Origin: an uncultured Actinomycetota bacterium
GTDB taxonomy: Bacteria > Actinomycetota > Actinomycetes > JACCUZ01
Length of the DNA: 64,000 nt
Direction: 5' to 3'
Assembly (NCBI GenBank): GCA_963789855.1
Contig: CAWBMM010000008.1
Coordinates: forward strand, 78,005-142,004
Shown: piece by piece, positions 50,210 through 60,441 of the stretch
How positions within the stretch are numbered: the first letter of the stretch is position 1
Layout of the letters: each line of letters opens with the position of its first letter
The notes under the pieces: model-generated
What the model saw: the letters and a program-made list of their open reading frames with translations, nothing else
Database searches by the model: none
What the model was told of the DNA's origin: nothing
Translations under genes and position numbers: made by a program

Positions 50210-51698
50210 GTGCGCGACACCTCGACCGGCGTACCCGATCCGGGCCCGGCCCGGTCGGACGACGCTGCGGACCCGCGCCGCTGGCGGGCTCTGGTGGTGT
50301 GCCTCGTCGGCGGCTTCATGACGCTGCTGGACATCAGCATCGTCAACGTCGCGCTGCCCTCGCTGCGAGCAGCCCTGCACGCGACGGACGAGCCAGCTGC
50401 AGTGGGTGCTCTCGGGGTACGCGCTGGCCTTCGGCCTGGTGCTGGTCCCCGCCGGCCGGCTCGGCGACGTGCGCGGCCGACGAGTGGTGTACGTCGTCGG
50501 GCTGGCGATGTTCACCGGGGCCAGCGCCCTGTGCGGCCTGGCGCCGGGACCGGTCTGGCTCGCGGTCGCCAGGGTCGTGCAGGGGGTGGGTGGCGGGCTG
50601 CTCATCCCGCAGCAGGCCGGGCTGATCCAGGAGCTCTTCCGGGGTGCCGAGCGCGGCCGGGCGTTCGGCCTGCTGGGCGCGTCGATCGGCGTGTCGACCG
50701 CGGTCGGCCCGCTGCTCGGCGGGGCCCTCATCGCGCTGGGCGGGCCGGAGCACGGCTGGCGGTGGGTGTTCTTCGTCAACGTGCCGATCGGGCTGGCCGC
50801 CATGCCGCTGGCCTGGCGGCTGCTGCCTGCTTCGACCGCGGCCCGGCGCCGGGAGAGCCTCGACCCGGTCGGTGTCGTGCTGCTCGGGACCGCCGTGCTG
50901 CTCACCCTGTTGCCGGTGGTCGAGGAGCGGTCGTGGTCCGGCGGCACGAAGTGGCTGCTGCTCCCGGCGGCCGCCGTCGTGCTCGCGGTCTTCGTCCGGT
51001 GGGAGCGGGCCTACGAGCGACGGGGCCGGCAGCCGATGGTCGCCCTCGACCTGTTCCGCACCCGGTCGTACTCCCTCGGCACCTCCTTGGCGTTCGTCTA
51101 CTTCGCCGGCTTCACCGCGGTCTTCTTCGTCACCACGCTGTTCCTGCAGGGCGGGGAGCGCTACAGCGCCTGGCAGGCCGGGCTGGCGGTCACGCCGTTC
51201 GCGGTCGGGTCCGCCGTGGCCGCGGCCGTCGGGGGCCGCCTCGTCAGCAGGGTGGGCCGCCCGTTGGTGACCGCCGGCCTGGTGCTGGTGGTGGTCGGCC
51301 TCGCAGCGACCGCCCTCCTCGTCGCCCGGGACCCCGGGTCGTCGATCGGGTGGGCCATGGCGGTCCCGTTGCTCGTCGCGGGGCTGGGCAGCGGACTCGT
51401 CATCACCCCCAACGTGACCCTCACTCTCGGCGAGGTGCCGGTGGGCGGCTCGGGGTCGGCGGCCGGTGTGCTGCAGACCGGTCAGCGGGTGGGCTCCGCG
51501 GTGGGGATCGCCGTGGTGGGGTCGGTGTTCTTCCACCGGCTGGGCGCCGGGCGGCCGGACTGGGCGGGCGCGCTGTCGGTCGGGCTGTGGGTCTGCGTCG
51601 GATGCGTCGCGGTCGCGCTCGGCCTGGCCGTGGCCGACCTGGCCACCCGGTCGCGCGACGCGCCGCCTTCGCAGGACGCCGAGGCGTCGCACGTGTGA
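50210..51698 (+). pseudogene. MFS (DHA2/EmrB-like, 14-TM) efflux transporter; one +1 shift near 50390
   Basis: RWRALVVCLVGGFMTLLDISIVNVALPSLRAALHAT continues as SQLQWVLSGYALAFGLVLVPAGRLGDVRGRR in the next frame (ORF 50406..51698). Confidence 0.8.
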
Positions 51699-51708
51699 GA
51701 GTCGCGCC

Positions 51709-52359
51709 ATGGCGACGTTCACCGGCTTCTCCGACGAGGCCATCGAGCTGTACGAGGCACTCGCGGCCGACAACACCCGGGAGTTCTGGGCGGCCCACAA
51801 GGCGGTGTGGGAGACCGAGGTCCGGGACCAGTTCCTCGCCCTGACCGCGAGCCCTCGAGGACGAGTTCGGCCCGGCGAAGCTGTTCCGGCCGCACCGCGA
51901 CACCCGGTTCAGCAAGGACAAGACGCCGTACAAGACCCATCAGGCGGCCCTCGTCGGCGAGACCACCGGCATCGGCTGGTACCTGCAGCTCAGCGCCGAC
52001 GGGCTCCTGGTGGGCGGCGGCTGGCGCGCGCACGACTCCGGCCAGGTGGCGCGCTACCGGGCGGCCGTCGACGACGACGGCGCCAGGCGGGCAGCTCGCC
52101 GGCATCGTCGGCTCGCTGCGGGGGAGCGGCTTCGACGTCGAGGGCGACGAGCTGCGCACCAGGCCGCGCGGCTTCCCGGCCGACCACCCGCGGCTGGACC
52201 TGCTGCGCTTCCGGTCGCTGATGGTCTCCCGGGCCTTCGGCGCGCCGGACTGGCTGGCCACCGCCGCGGACCCTGGAGGTGGTCCGCGACACCTGGCGCG
52301 AGGTGACCCCGCTGGCCACCTGGTGCGCCGCCCACGTCGCCGAGACGTCGACGAGGTAG
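51709..52359 (+). pseudogene. DUF2461 (TIGR02453) family protein; three +1 shifts (near 51850, 52087, 52270)
   Basis: MATFTGFSDEAIELYEALAADNTREFWAAHKAVWE is followed by EDEFGPAKLFRPHRDTRFSKDKTPYKTHQAA. Next come GQLAGIVGSLRGSGFDVEGDELRTRPRGFPADHPRLDLLRFRS, then TLEVVRDTWREVTPLATW...*. Each block is one frame further on. Confidence 0.75.
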
Positions 52360-52498
52360 CGCGCGCCGGGCGGACGCCGGGCGAGGCGCTCGAGCAGGAA
52401 CCGAGAAGCGGGCTGTCCGGGGGTCGGCCTAGGGTGGTCGACACGGTGGGAGACCACCGCAAACAGCCGCAACCGAGGCACGCCGAGAGGGGCCCTCC

Positions 52499-53509
52499 AT
52501 GACCGAGCTGGCCGCAGACCAGGCCGTCGAGTCCCGTCGACCGGCTCCCGGCGAGGTGGACGCGCGGCTCGAGGCGCACCGCATCGAGCTGACCGCCTAC
52601 TGCTACCGGATGCTCGGCTCGGCGTTCGAGGCCGAGGACGCCGTGCAGGACACCATGGTCCGGGCCTGGAGGTCGATCGAGAAGTTCGAGGGCCGGTCGT
52701 CGCTGCGGTCCTGGCTGTACAAGATCGCCACCAACGTGTGCTTCGACATGCTCGACGGCCGGCAGCGGCGGGCGCTGCCGATGGACATGGGCCCGGCCCA
52801 GCCGGCCGACCCGGCGCTGCTCGGCTCGCCGCTGCCCGAGGTCACCTGGCTGCAGCCGGTCCCCGACAGCCGCGTGGTGCCGGCCGACGGCGACCCGGCC
52901 GAGGTCGCCGAGCTGCGCGAGACGATCCGGCTGGCCTTCGTCGCCACCCTTCAGCACCTGCCCCCACGACAGCGTGCGGTGCTGATCCTGCGCGAGGTCC
53001 TGCAGTGGCCGGCAGCCGATGTCGCCGACCTGCTGGGCACCACGATCGCGTCGGTCAACAGCGCACTGCAGCGCGCGCGAGCGACCCTGGCCGCCAACGA
53101 CGTCACCTCCTTCGACGAGGCGAAGCCGCTCGACGACGCGCAGCGCCACCTCCTCGACCGCTACGTCGACGCCTTCGAGCGCTACGACATGAACGCGCTC
53201 ACCGAGCTGCTCACCGAGGACGCGAGCTGGTCGATGCCGCCGTACGCGCTGTGGCTGCAGACCCACGACGACATCCGCGCGTGGTGCCTCGGCCCGGGCA
53301 TCGGCTGCGAGGGCTCGCGGCTGGTGCCGATCGAGGCGAACGGCGCGCCGGCGTTCGCCCAGTACAAGCCGCACCCGGACGGCGGTCACGAAGCGTGGTC
53401 GCTGCAGGTGCTCGAGGTCGACGACGACCGGATCACCGGCATCATGTTCTTCCTGGACGTCGAGGCCATCTACCCGATGTTCGGGCTGCCGTTGCGACTG
53501 CCGGCCTGA
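52499..53509 (+). CDS. ECF-type sigma-70 factor with C-terminal SnoaL/NTF2-like extension (SigG/SigJ-like architecture)
   Basis: Region 2 reads [57 protein letters not shown]. Region 4 reads [41 protein letters not shown]. It is followed by about 130 further residues. Confidence 0.85.
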   Translation: MTELAADQAVESRRPAPGEVDARLEAHRIELTAYCYRMLGSAFEAEDAVQDTMVRAWRSIEKFEGRSSLRSWLYKIATNVCFDMLDGRQRRALPMDMGPAQPADPALLGSPLPEVTWLQPVPDSRVVPADGDPAEVAELRETIRLAFVATLQHLPPRQRAVLILREVLQWPAADVADLLGTTIASVNSALQRARATLAANDVTSFDEAKPLDDAQRHLLDRYVDAFERYDMNALTELLTEDASWSMPPYALWLQTHDDIRAWCLGPGIGCEGSRLVPIEANGAPAFAQYKPHPDGGHEAWSLQVLEVDDDRITGIMFFLDVEAIYPMFGLPLRLPA

Positions 53510-53524
53510 CCGCGAGGCAGCTCG

Positions 53525-54128
53525 TCAGCCGGCTGCCACGGCCACCCGCAGCGGGCCACCGGCCAGCCGCTCGACGAGTGCGGTCAGCGGTCGGCGTACC
53601 AGGAGCCAGCCCAGCAGCGCGATCGGCGGCGCCGAGCAGCAGCCCGGCGACCACGTCGTGCGGGTAGTGCGCCGCGATGTAGACCCGGGACGCTGCCATC
53701 AGCAGAGCCGCAGCGGCTGCCAGCACGCCGAGCCGCCAGGACACCAGCCAGAGCCCGGCCGCGACGGCACCGGCCATCACCGCGTGGTCGGACGGGAACG
53801 AGGCGTCGGCCGACCGGTGGGCGAGCACGAGCAGGTGTGGCGACGCGGTGTAGGGCCGAGCCTCGTCGAACCCGTGGACCAGCGGCTGGTTGACCGCCAC
53901 GGCGACCAGCGTGGCGGCACCGGCCCAGAGCGCGGCGGCGACGGTGCGGGCGCCGCGCCCACGGGCGTACCACCAGCCGACGACCAGCAACGCGCCGAAC
54001 AGCAGGACGCCGTACTGCGCGTAGCCGAGGACGGCGCCGTGCAGCCAGCCGGTGTCCCGGGCGAACTCGTTGACGTCGCGGAAGAACGGCCCGTCGACGG
54101 CGTGCGGGCCCAGCAGGTGGGTGCTCAT
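53525..54128 (-). pseudogene. PAP2-family phosphatase (membrane); one +1 shift near 53625
   Basis: PAP2 motifs are SFPSDHAV and SRVYIAAHYPHDVVAGLLLGA. The tail IALLGWLLVRRPLTALVERLAGGPLRVAVAAG* is in the next frame and ends at 53525. Confidence 0.75.
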
Positions 54129-55342
54129 GGGGCGTCCTGGTGTCGAGGGATCGTGACCGTGAAGGTGGCTCCGCCGCCGGGCGTCGGGCCGGCGTCGACG
54201 GTGCCCTCGTGCGCCTCGACGATCTCCCGCACCAGCGCCAGCCCGAGCCCGAAGTGCCGCTTGGCGCCGGTCGGCGGGCCGTGCGCGAACCGGTCGAAGA
54301 GGCGAGGGGCCACCTCCGGGTCGATGCCCGTGCCGTCGTCGACGACCTGCACCGTGGCGGGCGGCCCGGCCGCGACCCGGACCACGACGTGGCCACCCGG
54401 CTGGCTGTGGGTGACGGCGTTGTCCAGCAGAGCGTCGAGCACGCGTCGCAGCGGGCCGACCGCGCCGAGCACCGTGGCGTGCCCGACGACGTCCGCGTCC
54501 AGCGTGACGCCCTGCTCGACCGCGTGCGGCGTGGCTGCCGCGACGGCGTCGCGCGCGACGGCGCCGAGGTCGACGACGTCGCGGCGACTCGGCTGCTGGG
54601 ACAGCGACGCCGACAGCAGCAGGTCATCGACGACCTCGGACAGCCGCCTGGCGTCCGACACGATCGCCGCCGACTCGGCGTGGACGTCCTCGGGGACGGA
54701 CCGGCGCAGCGAGCGCTCCAGCAGCTGGGCCCGGGTCGACAGCAGGGTCAACGGGGTGCGCAGCTCGTGCGACGCGTCGGCGACGAACCGTCGCTGCCGC
54801 TGCATCGCGGTCGCCAGCGGGGCCATCGCCCGCCGGGCCAGCAGGGTGCCGAGCAGCAGGCTCAGGGCGAGCCCGGCGGCCTCGGCGAACAGCAGTCCGG
54901 TGAGCAGCCTGTTGCGTTCGTCGGTGACCGGGCTGGTGCTCGTCGTGGCCTGCGCCAGCAGCTGCCCGTCGCGCACCGTGAGCAGCCGGTAGTCCTCGCC
55001 GTCGCGCCGCACCACCCGCTCGTCGCGCGGGTCTGCGGCGGACACCGCGGCGATGGCCGCTCGCACCGGGAGCCACTCCGGCGCCGTCCGGCTGCGTCGC
55101 ACCGTCCCCCCGGGCTCGCGGACCCAGATGCCGATGGTGGCCGGCGCGCCGGTCAGGTCGTCCAGGTCGAGGACCGCGCGCCGCAGCGAACCGCGGGCCT
55201 CCCCGGCCTGCTCGCGCCAGACGACCGCGACGACCAGGGCGCCCACCAGCAGCACGATGACGGTGACCGCCCCGGCGGTCAGCAGTGCCAGCCGGCGGGT
55301 GGCCGAGCGCAGCACCCGGCTGTCGTGCCCGGCGCCGCTCAC
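54125..55342 (-). CDS. Sensor histidine kinase (TM-HAMP-HisKA-HATPase)
   Basis: The H-box is RRFVADASHELRTPLT. The HATPase reads LDNAVTHS...DDGTGI...GLGLALV. It is translationally coupled to the response regulator (4-bp overlap). Confidence 0.9.
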   Translation of the reverse strand: MSGAGHDSRVLRSATRRLALLTAGAVTVIVLLVGALVVAVVWREQAGEARGSLRRAVLDLDDLTGAPATIGIWVREPGGTVRRSRTAPEWLPVRAAIAAVSAADPRDERVVRRDGEDYRLLTVRDGQLLAQATTSTSPVTDERNRLLTGLLFAEAAGLALSLLLGTLLARRAMAPLATAMQRQRRFVADASHELRTPLTLLSTRAQLLERSLRRSVPEDVHAESAAIVSDARRLSEVVDDLLLSASLSQQPSRRDVVDLGAVARDAVAAATPHAVEQGVTLDADVVGHATVLGAVGPLRRVLDALLDNAVTHSQPGGHVVVRVAAGPPATVQVVDDGTGIDPEVAPRLFDRFAHGPPTGAKRHFGLGLALVREIVEAHEGTVDAGPTPGGGATFTVTIPRHQDAP

Positions 55343-56001
55343 ACCCGGCCCATCCGGTAGCCCACGCCGCGCACCGTGCGCACCGCGTCGGCGCCGAGCT
55401 TGCGCCGCAGGTAGGAGACGTAGGTCTCCACCGCGGCGTCGGTCTCGGCGTCCTCGAAGACCCTGCTGCGCAGCTCGTCCCGGGTGAACACCCGCGTCGG
55501 TCGGCCGGCGAGGGTGCGCAGCAGGGCGGCCTCGCGGTCGGACAGCTGCACGTCCTCGGTGCCGCCCACCACCATGCGCGAGGCCACGTCCAGCCGCCGG
55601 TCGCCGAGGTCGAGCAGCTCGGCGTCCTCGCCGGGCTCGGTGCGCCGCAGCAGCGCGCGCAGCCGGGCCAGCAGCTCGTCGACGTCGAACGGCTTGCCCA
55701 GGTAGTCCTGGGCGCCCGAGTCGAGCCCTTCGACCCGGTCGGGCACGGTGTCGTACGCCGTCAGCATCAGCGCGGGGGCGTGCACCCCGCTGCGGCGGAG
55801 CCGTCGCAGCAGGTCGAGCCCGTCGATGCCCGGCAGCCCGCGGTCGAGCAGCAGGACGTCGTACCGCCGGGTGAGCGCTCGGTGCAGGCCCGCCTGCCCG
55901 TCGTGGACGACGTCGACCGCGTAGCCCTCGTCGGTCAGCAGGCGGGCCAGCAGCCGTGCCAGGTCCGGCTCGTCCTCGACGACGAGCACCCGGGGGGTCA
56001 C
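55339..56001 (-). CDS. OmpR/PhoB-family response regulator
   Basis: The receiver reads MTPRVLVVEDEPDLARLL...VLLLDRGLPGIDG. The winged helix reads TRDELRSRVFEDA...VETYVSYLRRKLG...IRTVRGVGYRM. Confidence 0.92.
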   Translation of the reverse strand: MTPRVLVVEDEPDLARLLARLLTDEGYAVDVVHDGQAGLHRALTRRYDVLLLDRGLPGIDGLDLLRRLRRSGVHAPALMLTAYDTVPDRVEGLDSGAQDYLGKPFDVDELLARLRALLRRTEPGEDAELLDLGDRRLDVASRMVVGGTEDVQLSDREAALLRTLAGRPTRVFTRDELRSRVFEDAETDAAVETYVSYLRRKLGADAVRTVRGVGYRMGRV

Positions 56002-56061
56002 CGGCTGCCTCCTGCCCTGCTCGTCAGCCTCGTCAGTCTCGGCTGTCGGTCGGCTGTCTCG

Positions 56062-56577
56062 TCAGTGTCTCTTTGCGGACGCTACGCCGTGCCAGGCCGC
56101 CTGCGCGCCGGAGTGCCCGATGCGGATCACCTGCTGCGTGGTGCCGAGCACCATGAGCACCGCGAGGACGCCGATCACCACCGGCTTGGTCAGCGAGCCG
56201 GCGACCTTGGTGGCGCCACCCCGGGGGAGCAGCCGCAGCCGCCGGCCGCCCGCCGTGCGGTCCCGAACGGTGAGCAGGACCGCCACCACGAGCAGGCCGA
56301 TCACCCACGGCAGCAACCCGTCGGCGAGCTCGGCGTGCCGGTCGACCAGAGCGGTGTTGCCGACCTCCGACTGCAGCTGCTCGCCACTGCTCGTCGACAG
56401 CGGGACGAGGATCACCGCGACGACTGCAGCCGCCAGCGTGGTGAGCCCCAGCCGCGCCCGGGCCCGCGGGACGAACGCGTGCAGCGCGACCGCGAGGGCC
56501 GCAAGCGGCACCATCACCACCGTGGCGTGCACGATCAGCGGGTGGGCGGGCAGCCCGAAGATGGTCGGGAAGTCCAT
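56062..56577 (-). CDS. DUF2231-like membrane protein
   Basis: The N-terminus reads MDFPTIFGLPAHPLIVHATVVMVPL, and there are 4 TM segments. Confidence 0.6.
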   Translation of the reverse strand: MDFPTIFGLPAHPLIVHATVVMVPLAALAVALHAFVPRARARLGLTTLAAAVVAVILVPLSTSSGEQLQSEVGNTALVDRHAELADGLLPWVIGLLVVAVLLTVRDRTAGGRRLRLLPRGGATKVAGSLTKPVVIGVLAVLMVLGTTQQVIRIGHSGAQAAWHGVASAKRH

Positions 56578-56678
56578 CGAATGCCTCCATCAGCGTGCGG
56601 TCGTCTGCTAGCCGTCCGGGCATCTTCGGCACCGTTTCTGGGAGGTTCCTGGGCCACCGCGTCGACCGGCTGTGTTGG

Positions 56679-57248
56679 ATGGGCCCGGTGAGCACCCCCT
56701 GGGACGAGACCACCCGGCCCACGGCGGGCGCCGACGGCGACCCCATCCCGGCCCCGCGCGGCGCGTCGGCGGGCCGGCACCTGCTCGACGTGCACGACCA
56801 CTACCGGGCCGAGCTCGGCCGGCTGCGCGACGTGCTCGACCAGGTGCGGGCGGGCACGGTCGACGCAGCCTCCGCCCGCTCGGAGGTCAACGCGATGGCG
56901 GTCCGCTCCAACACCTGGGTGCTCGGTTCGGTGTGCCAGTCGTACTGTCTCGCGCTCACCCAGCACCACACGATGGAGGACGTCGCGGTGTTCCCGCACC
57001 TGGGCTCGCAGGACAGCGGCCTGCGCGCGGTGCTCGACCGGCTGGGTGAGGAGCACCGCGCCATCCACGACCTGCTCGAGTCGGTCGACGCCGCACTCGT
57101 CGACCTGGTCCGGACCCCCGAGGACCTGACCGCGGTCGAGGACGCCGTCGACGCGCTCACCGAGGCCCTGCTCTCGCACTTCGCCTACGAGGAGCGCGAG
57201 CTCGTCGGCCCGCTCGGCCAGCACGGGTTCTACGCCGGCCAGCTGTAG
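56679..57248 (+). CDS. Hemerythrin/HHE cation-binding domain protein
   Basis: HLLDVHDHYRAEL...LTQHHTMEDVAVFPHL...LGEEHRAIHDLL...LLSHFAYEERELV supplies His/Glu ligand-type motifs. ATG 56679 is preferred within ORF 56595..57248. Confidence 0.7.
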   Translation: MGPVSTPWDETTRPTAGADGDPIPAPRGASAGRHLLDVHDHYRAELGRLRDVLDQVRAGTVDAASARSEVNAMAVRSNTWVLGSVCQSYCLALTQHHTMEDVAVFPHLGSQDSGLRAVLDRLGEEHRAIHDLLESVDAALVDLVRTPEDLTAVEDAVDALTEALLSHFAYEERELVGPLGQHGFYAGQL

Positions 57249-58064
57249 CGCCGTCCGGTGCGGGTCAGGTGCGCCCCGGGGCTGAGCAGCTGGTCGAGGG
57301 CGGCCAGCACCTCGGCGTCGCCGGAGCGCTCCAGCCGGTCCGCCGGGGGCCGGCGCCAGAGCAGGCAGTCGAGGTCCGCCGCGTCGCCGGTGACGGTGGC
57401 GCGCGCCTCGCCGCCGGGATCGTCGGTGGCGGTGTGCGATGTCGGGCTCGTCGTACGACGTGCCGTCGTCGGGGTCGGTGCCGGTGAAGCGAGCCAGCGT
57501 GAGCAGCCAGCTGTCGCCGGTGTCGGCGGACCGCAGTCGCACGGTGCGGCCCTCCTCGGGGGTGATCGTGCCCCAGGGCGGGCAGCCCCATGGCGTGACC
57601 CGCAGCGCCTCGTCGACCCCGTCGAGGCAGAGCGCAGGGTCCATCGGGGTGCGGTCGCCCGCGGTGAGCTCGGCGTCGAGCCGGTGCACCAGCGCCTCGT
57701 GGGCCTGCCGGCGCCGGATGAATCCGACGGTCTGCTCGGTCCACCAGGTCCAGGCGGGCGTCTCCGGGGGCGACTCCGCGAGCAGCCGGGCCAGCCCGCT
57801 GCTCGCGGTGTCGTAGAACGCGCGCAGCGCCGGTCGCCCGGCCGGGCGCTCGGGCTTCAGCGCCTCGGCGTCGGCAGCTGCGGTGATGCCTCGACGCACC
57901 ACCTCGCCCCAGAACCACTGGACCTCGCCGAGGTGCCAGAGCAGGTCGTCGGCGTCCCAGTCGGGGCAGGTGGGCACCCGCGCGTCCGGCGGGGCAGCGG
58001 TCACCGCCTCGGCGAACCGGGCGGACTCGCGTCGGAGATGGTCCAGGTAGTCCAGAGCCGTCAT
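57230..58064 (-). pseudogene. Mycothiol-dependent maleylpyruvate-isomerase-family (DinB_2/TIGR03083) protein; one +1 shift near 57435
   Basis: MTALDYLDHLRRESARFAEAV...CPDWDADDLLWHLGEVQWFW is the N-terminal domain. The C-terminal block ATVTGDAADLDCLLWRRPPADRLERSGDAEVLAALDQLL is in the next frame, stopping at 57230. Confidence 0.7.
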
Positions 58065-58117
58065 GTCCCGGCAACCTAACGACGGTGCCGGGCCGCGGCG
58101 AGGGAGTTTCGTCGGCC

Positions 58118-58642
58118 TCAGGTGGCCAGGTCGAGCACCTCGGCGCCGACCAGCCCGGCCAGGTCGGCACCGGCGAGCACGATCTTCGAGCGCCGCAGAC
58201 CGGACCCGATCACGACGTACGGCGTGGCTGCGACCGCGCTGTCGACCAATACCGGCCACCCGTCGGGCAGCCCGACCGGCGTGATGCCGCCGTACTCCAT
58301 GCCGGTCTCGGCGACCGCGAGGTCCATCGCCGCGAACGACGCCTTGCGCGCGTCGAGGCGGCGCCGCACCACGCCGTTGACGTCGGCTCGGGTGGTGGCG
58401 AGAACCACGCAGCCGGCGAACCGCGTCTCGCCACCGCGCCGGCCGGCGACGACGACGCAGTTCGCAGACACGTCGAGACCGACGTCGTAGCGCTCGCAGA
58501 ACGCCGCCGTGTCGGCCAGCTCCGGGTCGATCTCGGCGACGAACAGCTCGGGCGCGCCGGGTGCGGCCGCGGCGACCGCCACCGGCGGGGCAAGCAGGTC
58601 GGGGCGGTCGAGGGCAGGCACGGTCACGAGGGTCCCCAGCAC
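58118..58642 (-). CDS. YbaK/EbsC-type aminoacyl-tRNA deacylase
   Basis: The ORF reads ANCVVVAGRRGGETRFAGCVVLATTRADVNGVVRRRL...GMEYGGITPVGLP...VVIGSG. GTG 58642 avoids overlap with the upstream gene (the maximal ORF extends to 58693). Confidence 0.7.
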   Translation of the reverse strand: MLGTLVTVPALDRPDLLAPPVAVAAAAPGAPELFVAEIDPELADTAAFCERYDVGLDVSANCVVVAGRRGGETRFAGCVVLATTRADVNGVVRRRLDARKASFAAMDLAVAETGMEYGGITPVGLPDGWPVLVDSAVAATPYVVIGSGLRRSKIVLAGADLAGLVGAEVLDLAT

Positions 58643-58652
58643 GCCGGCGACC

Positions 58653-58958
58653 TTAGGCCCCGAGCAGCGCGGCGAGCCGGGCCGGGTCGGCACCCGAGAC
58701 GTCCACCACCTTGGTGCGCGCGGTGGCTCCCGACACGAGGGCGACGGCGCGTCGGCGTACGCCGAACGCCTCGGCGACGGCGACCAGCGCCGCCTCGGTC
58801 GCCTTCCCGTCGACCGCCCGCGGCATCACCCGCACCACGAGCGCGCCGTCGAAGGCCCCGCCGACCGCGGTGCGGCTCGCTCCGGGACGCACCCGGATCG
58901 TGATCCTCACGCCCGACAGTGTCCCGGGTGGAGTACAACCGGGTCGTGAGGCGGTCAT
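58653..58958 (-). CDS. DUF167 (YggU-like) protein
   Basis: The ORF reads VRITIRVRPGASRTAVGGAFDGALVVRVMPRAVDGKATEAALVAVAEAFGVRRRAVALVSGATARTKVV. The start is either ATG 58958 or GTG 58910. Confidence 0.6.
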   Translation of the reverse strand: MTASRPGCTPPGTLSGVRITIRVRPGASRTAVGGAFDGALVVRVMPRAVDGKATEAALVAVAEAFGVRRRAVALVSGATARTKVVDVSGADPARLAALLGA

Positions 58959-59514
58959 GAGCCTGCCAGCCACGGCGCCGCAGCGGCTCGCCACGGCGGC
59001 GGACGGACCTGCGATCGGCGCCTTGATGCGGTCGTCGGTGCTGGCCTTCTTCCCCGCGTTCTACGACGAGCGCCAGACGTCGAGCGCCGCGATGCACATC
59101 GCGCACGTCGACGAGACCCTCGTCGCGGACGGGACGTACTTCGTGCACGAGTCGGCCGGCGAGCTGGTGGCCTGCGGCGGGTGGAGCCGGCGGGACAAGC
59201 TGTACACCGGGTCCGGCGACCACGATGGTGACGCCCGGCTGCTCGACCCGGGCACCGAGCCGGCGCGGGTACGCGCGATGTTCGTCCGCGGCGACTGGGC
59301 CCGGCGCGGCCTGGGCCGCGCGATCCTGGAGTCCTGCGAGGTGGCGGCCCGGGCCGAGGGGTTCACCCGGCTCGCCCTGGTGGCCACCCTGCCGGGTGAG
59401 CTGCTCTACCGCGCGTTCGGCTTCCGGCAGGTGGAGCGCACCACGGTGACCATGCCGGACGGCGTGACGGTGGCGGCGGTCGCGATGGAGCGTCCGATCG
59501 CGCCGGCCTCCTAA
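58957..59514 (+). CDS. GNAT-family N-acetyltransferase
   Basis: The acetyl-CoA pocket motif is MFVRGDWARRGLGRAILESCEVAARAEGF. Confidence 0.75.
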   Translation: MSLPATAPQRLATAADGPAIGALMRSSVLAFFPAFYDERQTSSAAMHIAHVDETLVADGTYFVHESAGELVACGGWSRRDKLYTGSGDHDGDARLLDPGTEPARVRAMFVRGDWARRGLGRAILESCEVAARAEGFTRLALVATLPGELLYRAFGFRQVERTTVTMPDGVTVAAVAMERPIAPAS

Positions 59515-59524
59515 GGTCGGGCCC

Positions 59525-60370
59525 ATGGGTTTCGTCAGCGTTCTCACCGGGTCGTTCTCCTCACCCGCGGGGGACAACCCGACCGTCGCCGTGGTCGAGG
59601 CCGCCTACCGTCATCACGGGCTCGACGCCCGCTACCTCAACTGCGAGGTCGCGCCGGCCGACCTCGGCGACGCGGTGCGCGGGGCTCGCGCGATGGGCTG
59701 GGCCGGGTTCAACTGCTCGCTGCCGCACAAGGTCGCAGTGCTCGACCATCTCGACGCGCTGGCACCGTCGGCGGAGGTGATCGGCGCGGTCAACTGCGTG
59801 CTGCGCGACGGCGACCGGCTGGTGGGGGAGAACACCGACGGGCAGGGCTTTCTCGCCTCGCTGCGCGAGGTCGTCGACCCCGCCGGTCGCAGCGTGGTCG
59901 TGCTCGGCGCCGGCGGCGCCGCCCGGGCGGTGGCGGTGGAGGTGGCGCTTGCGGGCGCCAGCACCGTGACCGTCGTCAACCGCGACCCCCGGCGCGGGAC
60001 CGCACTCGTGGACCTGCTCGCCGCCCGCACGCCGGCGCAGGCGCACCTCGTCGGCTGGGACAGCACCTACCCGGTGCCCACCGATGCCGACGTGCTCGTC
60101 AACGCCACCTCGGTCGGGCTCGCGCCGGACGTCGATGCCTGCCCCGACGTCGACCTGGACACCCTGCGGCCGGGGCTGGTGGTGGCCGACGTCGTCCCCA
60201 GCCCGCCACGGACGGCTCTGCTCCGGGCCGCCGAGGAGCGCGGCGCGACGACGCTCGACGGCCTCGGCATGCTGGTGAACCAGGCCGTGGTCGCCATCCG
60301 GCTGTGGACCGGGGTCGAGCCCGACCCCGTGGTCATGCGCGCCGTCCTGGACGACCTCTTCGCCGGCTGA
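59525..60370 (+). CDS. aroE: Shikimate dehydrogenase
   Basis: Motifs are GFNCSLPHKVAV, NTDGQGF and VVLGAGGAARAVA. Confidence 0.85.
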   Translation: MGFVSVLTGSFSSPAGDNPTVAVVEAAYRHHGLDARYLNCEVAPADLGDAVRGARAMGWAGFNCSLPHKVAVLDHLDALAPSAEVIGAVNCVLRDGDRLVGENTDGQGFLASLREVVDPAGRSVVVLGAGGAARAVAVEVALAGASTVTVVNRDPRRGTALVDLLAARTPAQAHLVGWDSTYPVPTDADVLVNATSVGLAPDVDACPDVDLDTLRPGLVVADVVPSPPRTALLRAAEERGATTLDGLGMLVNQAVVAIRLWTGVEPDPVVMRAVLDDLFAG

Positions 60371-60441
60371 AACGGGTCCTCCGCCTCTGCCCGATGCTGC
60401 CGGTCAGCGGTGCAATGGGGACGGCGAGGAGGTGTGTCGTC

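Noticed and set aside
52397-52425. An ECF-type autoregulatory promoter (GGAAC ... GTC) upstream of the sigma factor gene.
   Set aside because: GGAAC is present at 52397-52401, but the downstream GTC/CGT candidates are at 13 or 21 nt rather than the expected ~16-17 nt.
58956-58959. Divergent start codons sharing the palindrome TCATGA (DUF167 on the minus strand, GNAT on the plus strand).
   Set aside because: DUF167 has an equally plausible downstream GTG start (58910), so the overlap may not be real. There is no evident functional implication.
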